From Octopus vulgaris (Eukaryota): DNA of 64,000 nt. Under the pieces are notes generated by a model. That model was not told the DNA's origin and did not search any database. It saw nothing but the letters and a program-made list of their open reading frames with translations. The stretch lies in the NCBI GenBank assembly GCA_951406725.2, contig OX597821.1, positions 17,298,001 to 17,362,000 of the forward strand, given 5' to 3'. Below, piece after piece: positions 1 through 13,554 of this stretch. Position 1 is the first letter of the stretch. Each line of letters starts with the position of its first letter. The translations under genes and the position numbers were made by a program.

Positions 1-548
1 AAAATAACTAAATAGATAATTTTTGATGATACAAATAGCAGCAAAACTCATTCTTAAATTGCACGCCACTATCATGAAAAAAAACAGAGCATATTGATGA
101 TAAGTCCCGAAATGACTTTATGTCTAGTCGACCTGAGATGACCTGAAGCTAGACAAGGACAATTATAACGAAATGCTTGTTTCAGATTTGAGTACAAATG
201 TAAGTGATGGTAAAATGCCGGGCAACAGCTATTAAAATATTGATTTTAGTATCACTAAGTAGCTAGTAGATCTACAAGAAAATTTGTTCACACTTTATTG
301 TATATGATACTATCTCAAAACTGACTGCAACCGATTTTCTCCTTTTTTTTGTTTTTGTTTGAGTGTGTGTATTTTAATGACTGTTATGACATTTCTACGA
401 TTTAATTGCTTTAGCCTCAACAAAAGATCTAAGAAAATAGAAACATTCCCCACACACAAACCTCAAGACTACGAACCCATTAAGGTGATTAAGTCAGACC
501 TGCCTTGAATAACTAGGGTCATTAGCTTGGGTGATCATAGTAGACTTC

Positions 549-1190
549 CACTTGTAAGACGGTACTTCTGCAGTGCATAAAGACATCCTTGATCATATCC
601 AAAGAATAGCTACACGATTGATTGGCAGAGAGTCACTCACCAAAATGCTCAAGCTGCTAGCCCAAACAAATTACCTCCTCTCTCTGCTTCAGTGCTTTTC
701 AAACTTTTTGCTGGAGCGGAACCCCAAGGAAACATTCCCCTGGCTCGAGGAACCCCTGTCCAATAATTTAATAGTCTTGTGCACACATATCTGCACAGGA
801 GAATTAAAAATTACTGCCGATTTTAGCAGTTTTGTAAATTCTTGCGGAACCCTGGTTGAAAACCACTGCTCTGCTTTTTCTAAAGACACTACAGTATCCA
901 CTATTCCGTGCATTGGCTATTTGCCACTTCCATTCAAACACTCTCATCTCATTCTTCTCCCAGCTTTGGCTCCGCACTGATGGGCGGGTCTAGGGTCATT
1001 AGCTTGGGTGATCATAGTAGACTTCAGTTAAAACTACAACATACTACCCTCCCATAAGCCCCAGACTAACCATCCACTTCTTCCTATTGTCTTTCTCACT
1101 ACGTTGGCGCCAAGGAATCAACGCTCTGCCAACATATTTCCTACACCTGACAAACTACAGCCATTTAACAACATCTCAGAGATTTCTTTA
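549..1190 (+). pseudogene. Degraded 3' fragment of a LINE ORF2 (Jockey/L2-group-like C-terminus), interrupted by a MITE
   Basis: Translation HL*DGTSAVHKDILDHIQRIATRLIG resembles the post-RT 'HIW.G....LDRIQRRA.RLI' motif. Later pieces (SLCFF.RHY; ANIFPTPDKLQPF) resemble LINE C-termini. Multiple stops and frameshifts. Confidence 0.45.
690..868. mobile_element. hAT-type MITE
   Basis: TIRs CAGTGCTTTTCAA / TTGAAAACCACTG; perfect 8-bp TSD CTCTGCTT at 682-689 and 869-876; second copy at 23705. Confidence 0.9.
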
Positions 1191-1929
1191 TAGGCTAACA
1201 ATGAAAGATTTTATAATAAAGGAATGAATGAATATTATGCTGCTGACACCTTTCTCAAGTGCACCATCAAGAAGTTGCAACGGAGGAAATAGAAACCGAA
1301 CCACGCCGTCTTGACTGCTTATCAACTTACATCTTACTCTGCACGTGGTAATCAAATATTTACACAGCATCTCGCTTGCCAATTAATCTAACATGTATCA
1401 GAGTTAATGTGTGTTTTTCTGAACGTTGGTAAAGCTTCCGTGTATGCGTCTGTAGCATGTGTATGCATATTCGTTTTTGCGTGCATGCAAATGATAAAGA
1501 TATATATCTAAAAGTGTTGGAAAGAGCTATAGATAGAGATTGTATACGTGATGTGCTACGAAGTGAACGCGTGTAATATTTGCATTAAAATAGTGGAGAC
1601 GAGACATCGGTTAGAAATTATATTTCTATTCCGTGTTGAACTGAGGGATAAACTTAATACTAATTCGTAATCGTTCAGAGTCCATTTCATAAGCTGTATC
1701 AATGGGTTGCTCAGAATAGATGAATAGCGTAAAAGATTGAGGGCAGATTTTCTACTCCGAAGGGAATTTTGCAGATTATTGGCAAAAATCCCTGAGGTGT
1801 TACATGAATGTGACAACACGAAAATTAATTAATGTTCGTGTCAGTGGCCATGCCGACACAATATAAATGTTAACATGATTGATTTCCTGGCGCACCAGCG
1901 TATTCACTCGGTCTACTCTTTTACATTCA

Positions 1930-2203
1930 CACACATACACACACATACACATACACACACATACACATACACACACATACACATACACACACATACACAT
2001 ACACACACATACACATACATATATATATTCACACACGTGTCCATCCATGTATGTAAACTTACGCATATATGTGTATATAAGCTTTCGCGTATGCAGATAC
2101 ATGTGTATGTGTGTATGTGCGTGTGTGTGTGTTTGTATCAATGTGTGTGTTTATATATATATATATATATATATATAAACATGTATATATATGAATATAT
2201 ATG

Positions 2204-2242
<39 letters not shown>

Positions 2243-2258
2243 ACACATATTTATACAC

Positions 2259-2307
<49 letters not shown>

Positions 2308-2820
2308 TGTGTGTATACATATACATGCAAACATATATACATACATAAATACATACATGACGTGACATAATATAACAAAATATACATATATGTACACACA
2401 GAGAAAAAATATATACGCCAAACCTAAGATGATAGTGAAATGTGACCGTCAAAGCTTTTGTCGCGCATACAGATACATGCAAACATGCATATATAATACA
2501 TACATACATACATACATACATACATACATACATACATACATACATACATACATGCATGCATGCATGCACACATACATACATACATACATACATACATACA
2601 TACATACATACATACATACATACATACATACATGCATGCATGCATGCATACATACATACATACATACATACATACATACATACATACATACATACATACA
2701 TACATACATACATACATACATGCATGCATGCATGCACACATACATACATACATACATACATACATACATACATACATACATACATACATACATACATACA
2801 TGCATGCACACATACATAAT
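1930..2820. repeat. Compound microsatellites (CA)n, (TA)n, (TACA)n
   Basis: Directly visible; source of the HT/YI/MYVC ORFs. Confidence 0.95.
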
Positions 2821-3345
2821 ACAGGCTCATTTACAAACACATACAAGAAAAGGAAAACACACATTAGGTAACACTGAAAAGTGGGGCATGTGTGTGTGTG
2901 TGTGTGTGTGTGTTTGTGTGTGTATTTATGTAAATATCAATATATTGAGTGAGATTAATGACACCGGAGTGAAATAGAAATTGTTTTTGTCAGTTGAAGG
3001 TAATTTTGTCATTCCAGTCCGCGCTGGCCTTCAATGTTTGATTATGCGTGTGTGAGTGCACGTGGATGTACATTTGTGTGTATGTGTGTATGCATATGTA
3101 GTTCTCATGTGTGTTTGTAAGAGTATGTGTGCGTGTGTGTGTGTGTGTGTACACGCTTACAAGGTATACTTTAGTTTCACCTATCATACGGTATTTGTAT
3201 AAATGCATTTTCCATATACGCCTGTGTATATACGCATATATCTGTATACATATACGTATGTACATATGTGTGTGTGAGTGTGTTTGTGTTTGTATATGTG
3301 TGTGTATATGTGTGTGTCTTTCTGTATATATATATATATATATAT

Positions 3346-3490
3346 ATGCGCAGGTGTGGCTGAAGCTTACTTCCCAACCACGTGGTTCCAGATTCAATCC
3401 CACTGCGTGGAATTTTGGGCGAGTATCTTGTGCTATAGCCTCGAGTCGACAAAAGCCTTGTGAGTGAATTTGATAGAAGAAAGAAGGTAT
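3346..3490 (+). mobile_element. tRNA-derived SINE family A, 5' part
   Basis: Matches the head of the full copies at 40162 and 44335 (GCGCAGGTGTGGCTG...GGTTCCAGATTCAATCCCACTGCGTGG...AAGCCTTGTGAGTG). Confidence 0.75.
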
Positions 3491-3500
3491 ATATATGTAT

Positions 3501-3880
3501 AGAAATACAATAAAAGGCTTCCAAATAGGGAAGCGTTGTGCTAGAACACAAAAAGGGATGAATTCATGAAAGGAATGAAAATTAAAAACATTTACCATCT
3601 CAACTATTTCCCAGACCGACGGTTTCTAACTATTTCCAGCAAACAAACAAAATATATTTGCCAAGGAAAGTTTCTTCAGTGGGACAGCCTTAATAATCCT
3701 GATGCACAGACCGCTAGATCCACATGTAGATCTAACGGTTTGTATATCCTAACTTTTCAAACCTCTGCGCAGACGCAAATCATACCCGGCGACAGAGAGG
3801 ATGCCGGTAAAAAATTTACGATCAAATTTTTGTGTTCTAGCACAACGCTTCCCTATTTGGAAGCTTCTTATTGTATTTCT
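3501..3880. mobile_element. Fold-back element with ~54-bp terminal inverted repeats and a degenerate hammerhead-like motif
   Basis: 3501-3554 is the near-perfect reverse complement of 3827-3880. The minus strand at 3616-3683 reads CCCA-CTGAAGA-long stem II-A-GAAA-CCG-TC-GG. Confidence 0.6.
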
Positions 3881-4175
3881 TTATGAATAATATATAGTCT
3901 AATGACTAATTCGTTTTTGGGGCTAGGCCACTGCTAATAATAATTTATTATTACCCTATTTTATTATATATATATGTATATATATATATATATCGTATTT
4001 GCATTTGGTTTGCGAGATTCTTGAAATCAATTCGTGCGTTGGACGGGTCATAATGCCAATAATAAAAACAACAATAACAAGGACGATAACTACCACCACC
4101 ATCACAACAACCGTACTACTCCTTTATTTACATTATTTACATTTGAGGATATTTATCCTCATCTTGTTTGTTGTT

Positions 4176-4221
4176 AACACAACGTTTCGGCTGATATACC
4201 CTCCAGCCTTCATCAGGTGTC
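4176..4221 (-). ncRNA. Minimal type I hammerhead ribozyme motif
   Basis: Minus strand: GACAC-CTGATGA-A-GGCTG(gagggtatat)CAGCC-GAAA-CG-TT-GTGTT. Stem I 5 bp, stem II 5 bp, stem III replaced by the palindrome AACGTT. Confidence 0.8.
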
Positions 4222-4313
4222 TTGGGGAAATTTTGAACCTGGGTTCTCGTGCCTTAGGTATTTTTCGATGTTATTATTATTATTGTTATTATTATTATTA
4301 ATATTATTATTAT

Positions 4314-5550
4314 TGTCATTTACTTTTAATCTGCATGTTTGATGCAATCACTTGCCGGGGCACACCCAGCGCCCTAGGGCAAGTGAAGGTTAAGAGTTGT
4401 TGAAATATAGCTGAAAGCTTGGGGAGGGGAAGTAGAGAAATATCTCCATGTAATACAACACAAACATTTACATTGATAGGGTTTTTCTAAGGATGTGGGC
4501 AGTACTTGTTAGCACAATCTTTTGGATTTCCTTGATACATGGTTCTCCAGGGATATTGTCTAGGTGTTTCTGACATCCCTTTTTTATCATACCTAGGGCA
4601 CCTACAATAACAGGAACATTTTTGTTTTAAGATTCCACATCTTTTGTATTTCGATTTCCAGGTCCTTATATTTACTATGTTTGTCAAATTCCTTTACAGA
4701 TATATTTTTATCAGTGGGGACGCTTACCTCTATTAGTCTGCAGGTATTTTCTTCCCTGTCTTTAACAATTATGTCTGGTCGATTAGCCTTGATCGTTCTG
4801 TCAGTGTTGACTGGAAAATCCCAGAGGATGGTGACATCCTTACCTTCAACAACTGGTTGAGGATGGTGTTCATACCAGTTAGCAGTAGTATCGAATTTGT
4901 AGTATTTACATATCTTCCAGTGTATATACTGTCCTACCCTATCGTGGCGATTTTTGTATTCGTTTGGTGTCAGCACAGGACATCCCGAAACGAGATGGTC
5001 TATCGTTTCGTCAAATGTGTCGCAGAATCTGCATTTAGGGTCAGTACCATTTCGGAGAACGTTAGCCTGGTAATTTCTGGTAAACAAGCTTTGATCTTGT
5101 GCTGCCATTATGAAGCCTTCAGTCTCTGCTTTCAATCCAGAGCTCTTCAGCCACTGATGGATTGTTGCTTGGTCTACATCAGCATTTTGGCTTCGGAGAA
5201 TATATTGTCCATGCAGGGGCTTCTGGCTCCACCGCCTCTCAATTTGATTCTGCCCGTTCTTTTTTGCAGTCTGCTTGATTCGCTTTGCTTGCTTGGTAGC
5301 AGTTGTTTCCGGGTCTTCATCTGATTCAAGGTTAATATCTAGTTCCCTTTCGAACTTATAGGCTTCCTTGACAATAGAATGCAGCTTTTTGCTGCTTTCG
5401 TGTTCGCACACAAGTCGCAGCATCCAGTCCTTTGTACTAGATAGGTACCTGTTCATTCCTACAGTAGAGGTCTTATAGCACAGCTCTAATTGCATCATTC
5501 CTCTCCCCACGCTGCTTCTAGGTAGGTACAGGCGGTCTACATCTGCCTTA
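4314..5550 (-). mobile_element. 5'-truncated R4/Dong-like non-LTR retrotransposon (CCHC finger + REL endonuclease)
   Basis: KADVDRLYLPRSSVGRG (RT thumb), CRFCDTFDETIDHLVSGC, RHD, RPDIIV...IEVSVP, KHSKY. Frameshift near 4620. Flanked by (TAA)n on both sides. Confidence 0.9.
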
Positions 5551-5551
5551 A

Positions 5552-5660
<109 letters not shown>

Positions 5661-5667
5661 GTTATTA

Positions 5668-5736
<69 letters not shown>

Positions 5737-5752
5737 ATCATTATTATTAATA

Positions 5753-5783
<31 letters not shown>

Positions 5784-5784
5784 C

Positions 5785-8700
5785 AAACCAAACAAGTAAC
5801 TCTTTTTTACTGACATACCTGGAAAATATGAAGGCCGACCTAAGCCAGGAGATCCAGCGAGCCATCACCAACCATCTATGCAAATCACAAGGACCACTCA
5901 CCCATTACCAACTTCCCTTACCTCGACATTCCTGTTAAATGTACGTGGCATCAACCCATCAATTATTGCCCAAAAATGGAAGATCCCATATATAGAGAGT
6001 TGGCTTGCCGAAATGGCACATTGCTTCCCTTTCTTTATCCTTACCGAAACTCACCTGAACAACACCCATATGGACGCAGAGGTGAAAATAAAAGATTTCA
6101 CCATTGTTCGTGCGGATCGCACAGACCGAAATAAGGGAGGGGCAGCCATCTTTATCCATGACTCCTTTTCACTTGATGCCAAGGACACATTTTCCAATGG
6201 CTACTGTGAATCGGTATCACTATACAACAAAGCCAAGGACATAACCATTGTTGGTCTTTACAGGCCTCCCCAAGCACCTCTAAAGTACTTTGAAGAGTGC
6301 CTTAGCAAAGTCAAGTCCTTCCTTCGGAAGTACCACTCCGGAAACATACTAGTGATGGGTGATTTTAACCTCCCTCATGTGAACTGGCCCACAAATACTC
6401 CGAAGTTAGGCAAGTGCTCTACATCAGATAGGGCAGCAGCAAAACTGCTCTTTAATCTGATGGATGAGTATTTCCTGACTCAGCTAGTGCTTGAACCAAC
6501 GAGACAGAATAAAACGATCTTGGATCTGGTATTGACCAATCACTCTAGCTACGTTCACAGCATTTTAGTCGAAAAACTCTCCTCTCAGACCACGACATGG
6601 TACTCTGCAATCTTAATTCCCGACATATAAAAACCAAACCAGCCAATCCCACTCCATGGCACCCATTTGACAACATAAACTTCCACAAAGCGGACTGGGG
6701 AACAATCAGAAAGGATCTGTCCTCCATCGACTGGTCTTTTACTCTCAATTCCCCTCATATTGAGACCGCGTGGCAGCACTTTGAAACCATTGTCACCTAT
6801 ACATGCTTTAAACACGCTCCCAAGAAATGTACTAACACAAACAGAAACCGACTCCCTAAAAAGAAAAAAAAACACTCATCAGGCGCATCAAAAGACTCAA
6901 CAAAAAAATCAACCAATTAAAATATTCCCACACACAACATCCACATTCAACAACAATGAAAAGACTAGAGCTGGAAAAACTTCATCTGCAGACTAACATG
7001 AAAACCTCCATTGAAAATCAAAGAGCTGTGGAGGAACAATGGGTAATCAAAAACATCAAACAGAACCCAAAAGTGTTCTATTCTTATGCAAATAAGCATA
7101 GAACCACTGTCTCACCCATTGGGCCATTGATTGATGATAACGGCATTCCCCAACACGATGCTAAAGAAATGGCAGAAATACTGCAGAAACAATACTGCTC
7201 TGTCTTCAGTGTTCCCACTGACATTGATGTGAGGGAAACGAACGAAGTTGACTCCCAACACAAAATCGCAGACATAACCTTCACTGCCACCGACATCGTA
7301 GCAGCAATAAATGAGGTCAAACATTACTCTGCTGTAGGCCCTGATAGATTTCCCGCTAGTCTCCTGAAGGAATGTAGATATCAACTTGCAGTCCCTCTGA
7401 CCAACCTCTGGAGAAACTCGTTAGACGCAGGTTATATACCGAAACAGTTTCTATCCCAGTCGGTCATCCGGGTTTTCAAACAGGGAAACAGATCCCTCGC
7501 AGTCAACTATCGCCCAATCTCACTCACCTCCCACATCATTAAAGTGTTTGAAAGAGTGTTAAGATCAAGGATAGCTGACTTCCTGGAGACCCACAAACTC
7601 CTAAATTCAAATCAGCATGGCTTTCGCTGTGACAGGGACTGTCTAACACAGCTCTTACACCACATTGAAGATGTACTCAAAGCCTTGGGAACAGGTTCGA
7701 ACTCTGACGTCATATATCTTGACTTCAGTAAAGCGTTCGACAGGGTAGACCATAACATCCTACTCTCAAAATTGGCAAATGTTGGAATCCGTGGAAAAGT
7801 TCTACGCTGGATTCAGTATTTCCTGGCGAATAGAACACAACATGTTGTAGTTGATGGAGTCCACTCAAACCCAGCAAAAGTCACCAGCGGTGTTCCCCAG
7901 GGAACTGTTTTGGGTCCGCTCCTCTTCATAATTTACGTAAACGACCTTTCCAGTCTCGTACATCACTGCAAAGTGAAAATATTCCCTGATGACACTAAGC
8001 TCCAGCAAATCGTCAATGAAGAAGCAGACCGAACTCAACTCCAGTCTGATCTATATGCTGTGAGTCAATGGACAGACAGAAACAAAATGCAACTGAATGA
8101 GGGAAAATTTGAGCTGATGCATTTTGGAAGAAATTCCTCACTAAAACAACCATATTCTCTTCCTTCAGGGCAACCGCTCACAGCCTCTAACAATATCAGA
8201 GACCTGGGTGTAATTGTTGATGACGATCTCAGTTGGAGTGCACACATCAACAAGAAGGTCGATATAGCTCGTAGGATGAGTTCCTGGATCTTAAGAACTT
8301 TCCGGTCCAGAGAACAAGGTGTCATCATACCACTTTTTTCCTCCTTTGTACGGCCACACCTTGAATACTGCTGCCCACTGTGGTCTCCTCACACAAGACA
8401 AAACATCTCCAGAATTGAGTCACCCCAGAGGGCTCTCACTAAACAAATTGAAGGCATGGCTGCTCTCGATTATTGGGATCGCCTTAAAGCCTTGAAACTT
8501 TACTCCCTCCAGCGTCGCCGTGAGCGGTACATCATTTGTACGATGTGGAAAATATACCGCCAACTTTGCCCAAACGACCTAAACATCAAGGTTCATCCAA
8601 GACTTGGACCACGGGCTATACGTCCCCTGCCAAATTCAAGATCACAACATACATGTACACTGCAACATAATTTCTTTTCCTCAACAGGCCCTGCCCTATT

Positions 8701-8994
8701 TAACATTGTCCCGAGGGAGATCAAAGAGGAAAAGGATCCCATCAACTTCAAACAGAGTCTGGATAGATTCCTTCAAAGAATACCAGATAAGCCACCCATA
8801 ATTGGATACAACTCACCCAACAAGAACTCACTACTTGAACAAAACTGGATACAACTCACCCAACAAGAACTCACTACTTGAACAAAACTTGACTTAAACA
8901 GGATTCGAATAATCCTATCAGGTGGTGCTATTAAGTTAGACATGGCCTGGACCAATCTCTGGTCGAAACATATCTAAGTTTATCTAAGTTTATC
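5785..8994 (+). mobile_element. CR1/L2-group LINE, 5'-truncated, ORF2 frameshifted
   Basis: APE plus RT domains, 3' stem-loop GACCA-ATCTC-TGGTC, tail (TATCTAAGTT)x2, inserted in an (ATT)n tract. Confidence 0.9.
5878..8881 (+). pseudogene. LINE ORF2 (APE endonuclease + reverse transcriptase), split by frameshifts near 6580 and 6870
   Basis: APE motifs LLNVRGI, LTETHL, GGAAIFI, YRPP, MGDFN, LDLVLTN, then SDH out of frame. RT motifs NYRPISLTS, QHGFR, YLDFSKAFDRV, GVPQGTVLGP, FPDD (YADD position), RDLGV, RPHLEYC. Confidence 0.9.
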
Positions 8995-8997
8995 ATT

Positions 8998-9460
8998 GAG
9001 TGAGAGAGCAGTTCATGCCATCAAAGTGACACTGGGGTAAAATATACGAAGCCCAATATACCCATCATGACTACCCGTCTGATAAAGGTACACCAGGCAC
9101 ATGCATCACAACCATATGTGCGCGACATGGTGATCTCATATCAAGATAAACAGCACATGACCTTGCAGGTGGGGCCCAGTTAGAATTTTCTTCAGGCTGA
9201 GTAGCCCATCCCGCTCAAACGGTCCCTGAATAAGGGTTGTTTAAGGATGTTGAAAGAACCACCCATGTTTCCAGAAGTGAACTATTCAAACCCCAAAGAA
9301 TCCCTCTCAACACATGGCTATGATGCTCCCCCAGTACTTCTGCTCGTGATCAGAGATGCACATATCGTCAGCCACTAAGGGACATGCTCAACTGGTTATG
9401 GTCAAACAACTGACAAGCAAATCTGTGGTATTGAGCAGAATATTTGCTGTAGCCCATCTT
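8998..9460 (-). mobile_element. Non-autonomous interspersed repeat with a (TAA)n tail; other copies at 10680-10780, 11045-11548 and 54760-55300
   Basis: Several ~500-bp homologous copies in both orientations, always abutting TAA/TTA tracts; no ORF. Confidence 0.7.
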
Positions 9461-9479
9461 TTTTATTATTATTATTATC

Positions 9480-9562
<83 letters not shown>

Positions 9563-9600
9563 CATTATTATTATTATTATTATTATCATCATTATTATTA

Positions 9601-9638
<38 letters not shown>

Positions 9639-9696
9639 ATTATTATTATTAATATTATTATTATTAATATTATTATTATTATTATTATTATTATTA

Positions 9697-9730
<34 letters not shown>

Positions 9731-9795
9731 CCAGGTCACTGCCTGGAATCGAACTCGGAATCTTGGGGTTAGTAGCCTGCGCTCTTAACCGCTAC
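9731..9795 (-). mobile_element. tRNA-derived SINE-like head followed by (TAA)n
   Basis: Minus strand GTAGCGGTTAAGAGCGCAGGCTACTAACCCCAAGATTCCGAGTTCGATTCC has A-box and B-box-like motifs. Confidence 0.65.
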
Positions 9796-9903
9796 AAGAT
9801 GAGGACAAATGTCCGTCAATGTAAATAATGTAAATAATGTACATAATTCCTCATCTCTTAAATATAGAACTGAAATACTACTGCTGTGGCTGCTGTTGCT
9901 GCT

Positions 9904-9971
<68 letters not shown>

Positions 9972-9978
9972 TAATAGT

Positions 9979-10480
9979 AGGCACACACCAGAAAAGGTCA
10001 CAGAAAACGAGAAAGCAACCATACTCTGGGATATGCCGATACACACAGATAGAGAAATTAAGGCCAACAGACCAGATATAGTTGTCAGAGATCATGAAGA
10101 AAAAAAATGCTTTCTAATTGATGTATCAATACCGGCAGATGACAACGTGTCTCTAAAAGAAATGGAGAAACTCTCAAAATACAAAGACCTGGAAATAGAG
10201 GTAACTAGAATGTGGAATCTGAAAACAGAAACAATTCCTATCATAGTAGGTGCATTAGGCATGATAAAAAAATATTCAGACAAATAGATAACAAAAACAC
10301 CAGGACTTACAAACACATATAACATACAGAAAATTGCACTACTAGGCACTGCACACATCCTACGCAGAACACTTTCCATACAATAACCATCAGAGCATCA
10401 CAACAAATCACAGCACATACCCAAGGCACACAGAGCTGTGCTCGGTAGTGAAGTGAAAGCACGCTATAAAAATAAAACTA

Positions 10481-10484
<4 letters not shown>
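9979..10484 (+). mobile_element. R4/Dong-like LINE 3' fragment (REL endonuclease + 3' UTR)
   Basis: ILWDMPIHTDREIKANRPDIVV...LIDVSIP...KLSKYKDL...PIIVGALG. Flanked by (TAA)n. Near-identical to 53976-54625. Confidence 0.9.
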
Positions 10485-11044
<560 letters not shown>

Positions 11045-11047
<3 letters not shown>

Positions 11048-11547
11048 TGCCAGGCAGTGGCTCTCATGGCTTCTCATCGTAGCCGGTTGTAAGTGTTATC
11101 GTGTACATTGTTTTGTCTTGGTATGAAAGATGGGCTACAGCAAATATTTTGCTCAATACCACAGATTTGCTTGTCAGTTGTTTGGCCTTAACCAGTTGAG
11201 CATGTCCCTTAGTGGCTGACGATATGCGCATCTCTGGTCATGAGCAGAGGTAGTGAGGGAGGGGGGCATCATAGCCATGTGTTGAAAGGGAATCTTTGAG
11301 GGTTTGAACAATTCACCTCTGGAAATATGGGTGTTTCGTTCAACACCCTTAAACAACCCTTATTCAGGGACCTTTTGAGCAGGATGGGTTACTTGACCAG
11401 AGGAAAATCATAACTGGACCCCACCTGCAAGGTCATGTGCTGTTTATCTTGATATGAGATCACCATGTCGTGCACATATGGTTCTGATGCATGTGCTTCG
11501 TATATTTTACTCCAGTGTCATTTCGATGGCATGCACTGCTCTGTCAC

Positions 11548-11548
<1 letters not shown>
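11045..11548 (+). mobile_element. Copy of the (TAA)n-tailed non-autonomous repeat
   Basis: Reverse complement of 8998-9460 and 54760-55300; ends in (TAA)n. Confidence 0.7.
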
Positions 11549-11608
<60 letters not shown>

Positions 11609-11610
<2 letters not shown>

Positions 11611-11945
11611 TTTCTTAATTGATGTATCAATACCAACAGATGACAACGTTTCTCTAAAAGAAATGGAAAAAATTTCAAAATACAAAGAACTGGAAATAGA
11701 GGCAACTCGAATGAGGAGTCTAAAAGCAGAAACAATTCCTATCATAGTGGACGCATTAGGTATGATAAAAAATATTCAGACAAATGCATAACAAAAACAC
11801 GAGGGCAAACAAATATATATAACATACAGAAAATAGTACTACTAGGCACTGCACACATCCTTAGTAAAACACTTTCGATTCAGTAACCATAAGAGCATCA
11901 CAGCAAACCACACCACATAAGTATGGCACAGAGAGTTGGGCTTCG
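11609..11945 (+). mobile_element. Older R4/Dong-like LINE 3' fragment
   Basis: Diverged homolog of 10110-10440 (FLIDVSIPTDDNVSLKEMEK...), directly after (TAA)n. Confidence 0.85.
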
Positions 11946-12124
11946 TGTGGCAATGCTGGTGCACCACCTTTAGTCGAACAAATCATCCCCAGGTCTTATT
12001 CTTTGTAAACCTAGTACTTATTCTATAGGTCTCTGTTGCCGAACCACAATGTTACAGGGGCGTAAACACACTAACATCTGTTGTCAAGCGATGGTGGGGG
12101 ACTAACACACACACACATGCATGC

Positions 12125-12191
<67 letters not shown>

Positions 12192-12202
<11 letters not shown>

Positions 12203-12561
12203 GGCTTAGTAAAATAAATTACTTTGCCGCATACTGAACTCATTAGAAATAGCAGCTAAAAAAACTTTTTCAAAAACTATTTCCAATACTTAAAGAAAAC
12301 CTCTCTCATATAGTGTTTGCTCAACTCAACTTGAGTTGAGTTGAGCAAACACTATATGAGAGAGATTTTCTTTAAGTATTGGAAATAGTTTTTGAAAAAG
12401 TTTTTTAGCTGCTATTTCTAATGAGTTCAGTATGCGGCAAAGTAATTTATTTTACTAAGCCCTTTTATATAATGTAATAATTTGAATTCGCCTTAAATGG
12501 TCCCTTTGTATACTGAATACTTGGTAAAATTGATTAATTAATTAATTTTACCCTCAATTGT

Positions 12562-12563
<2 letters not shown>
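12192..12563. mobile_element. Fold-back (palindromic) copy of the 552-bp hammerhead element family, lacking the ribozyme, in (TA)n
   Basis: Arms ~12192-12330 and 12335-12471 are near-perfect inverted repeats with a 4-nt spacer. Sequence is nearly identical to 46113-46345. Confidence 0.85.
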
Positions 12564-12626
<63 letters not shown>

Positions 12627-13047
12627 TGTATGTATGTATGTATGTATGCATGTATGTATGTATGTATGTGTAGGAATGTGTGTGTATATATATGTATATA
12701 CGACGATCTTCTTTGGTCACAAGGTTTTGGTCCGCCCAAGGCCACAGTAGAAGATACTTGGGAAGCAAGCTCCTTACCACACAGTCACTCCTGCGCCTTT
12801 GCAAATGCAATCTGGAACTCGACTGAGGATAGAAAACTCGGAACGAGCTGTCCTTGTTTTCTTTGTATCGTCTGTCTGGATGTTTCGTTGTCCCTTTTTT
12901 GTATCACCTGTCTGGATTTTTTTGCGTCCTTGTTCCATTTTAAAATAATAATGGTGAAAAATTGAATATTAATTTGATAAATATATCAATTTAAAACCAG
13001 TGGTCTATCATATTGAAAAATGTGAAGATTCAAAAAAATTATATTAC

Positions 13048-13250
13048 ATACATATAAGTGAGATGACCACTAAGTGGACATCCAATCTGCTAGAAGTAGG
13101 CCCCCTATTGTCTTACCTCTAAGAAAGGACAGTTTGCAAGAAAATTGAGTAAATTTTCTTCAGAATAATCCTTTCTTAGTGGTAAGACCATAGGGGTTCT
13201 ACTTCTAGTATAAAGGATGTCCACATAGTGGTCATCCCTCTTATATGTAT
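13048..13250. repeat. Imperfect ~80-bp-arm hairpin element
   Basis: 13048-13129 pairs with 13169-13250 (GATGACCACTAAGTGGACATCC / GGATGTCCACATAGTGGTCATC; AAGAAAGGA / TCCTTTCTT). Confidence 0.75.
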
Positions 13251-13337
13251 ATATATATGTGTGTGTGTGTTTGTGTGCATATATACATATATTATACATA
13301 TATATGCATAAATATATATATATATGTATAAACACAC

Positions 13338-13386
<49 letters not shown>

Positions 13387-13400
13387 AATATATATGTAGG

Positions 13401-13445
<45 letters not shown>

Positions 13446-13476
13446 ATCAAAATAAAAACATGATGCCAAGGATTCA

Positions 13477-13554
13477 GCAGTACATATGTTTCGGGCCTTT
13501 ATTAGACAGATTTATAACAATGCATAATGTATGTCTGTGGCCTTCTTCAGCCGC
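13477..13554 (-). ncRNA. Minimal type I hammerhead ribozyme motif (inverted copy)
   Basis: GCGG-CTGAAGA-stem II-GAAA-CATATG-TA-CTGC, with one G-U wobble in stem I. Confidence 0.8.

Noticed and set aside
12815-12856. Hammerhead-like CTGAGGA...GGAAC..GTC
   Set aside because: GAAA is altered and stems I and II do not pair convincingly; at best a decayed copy.
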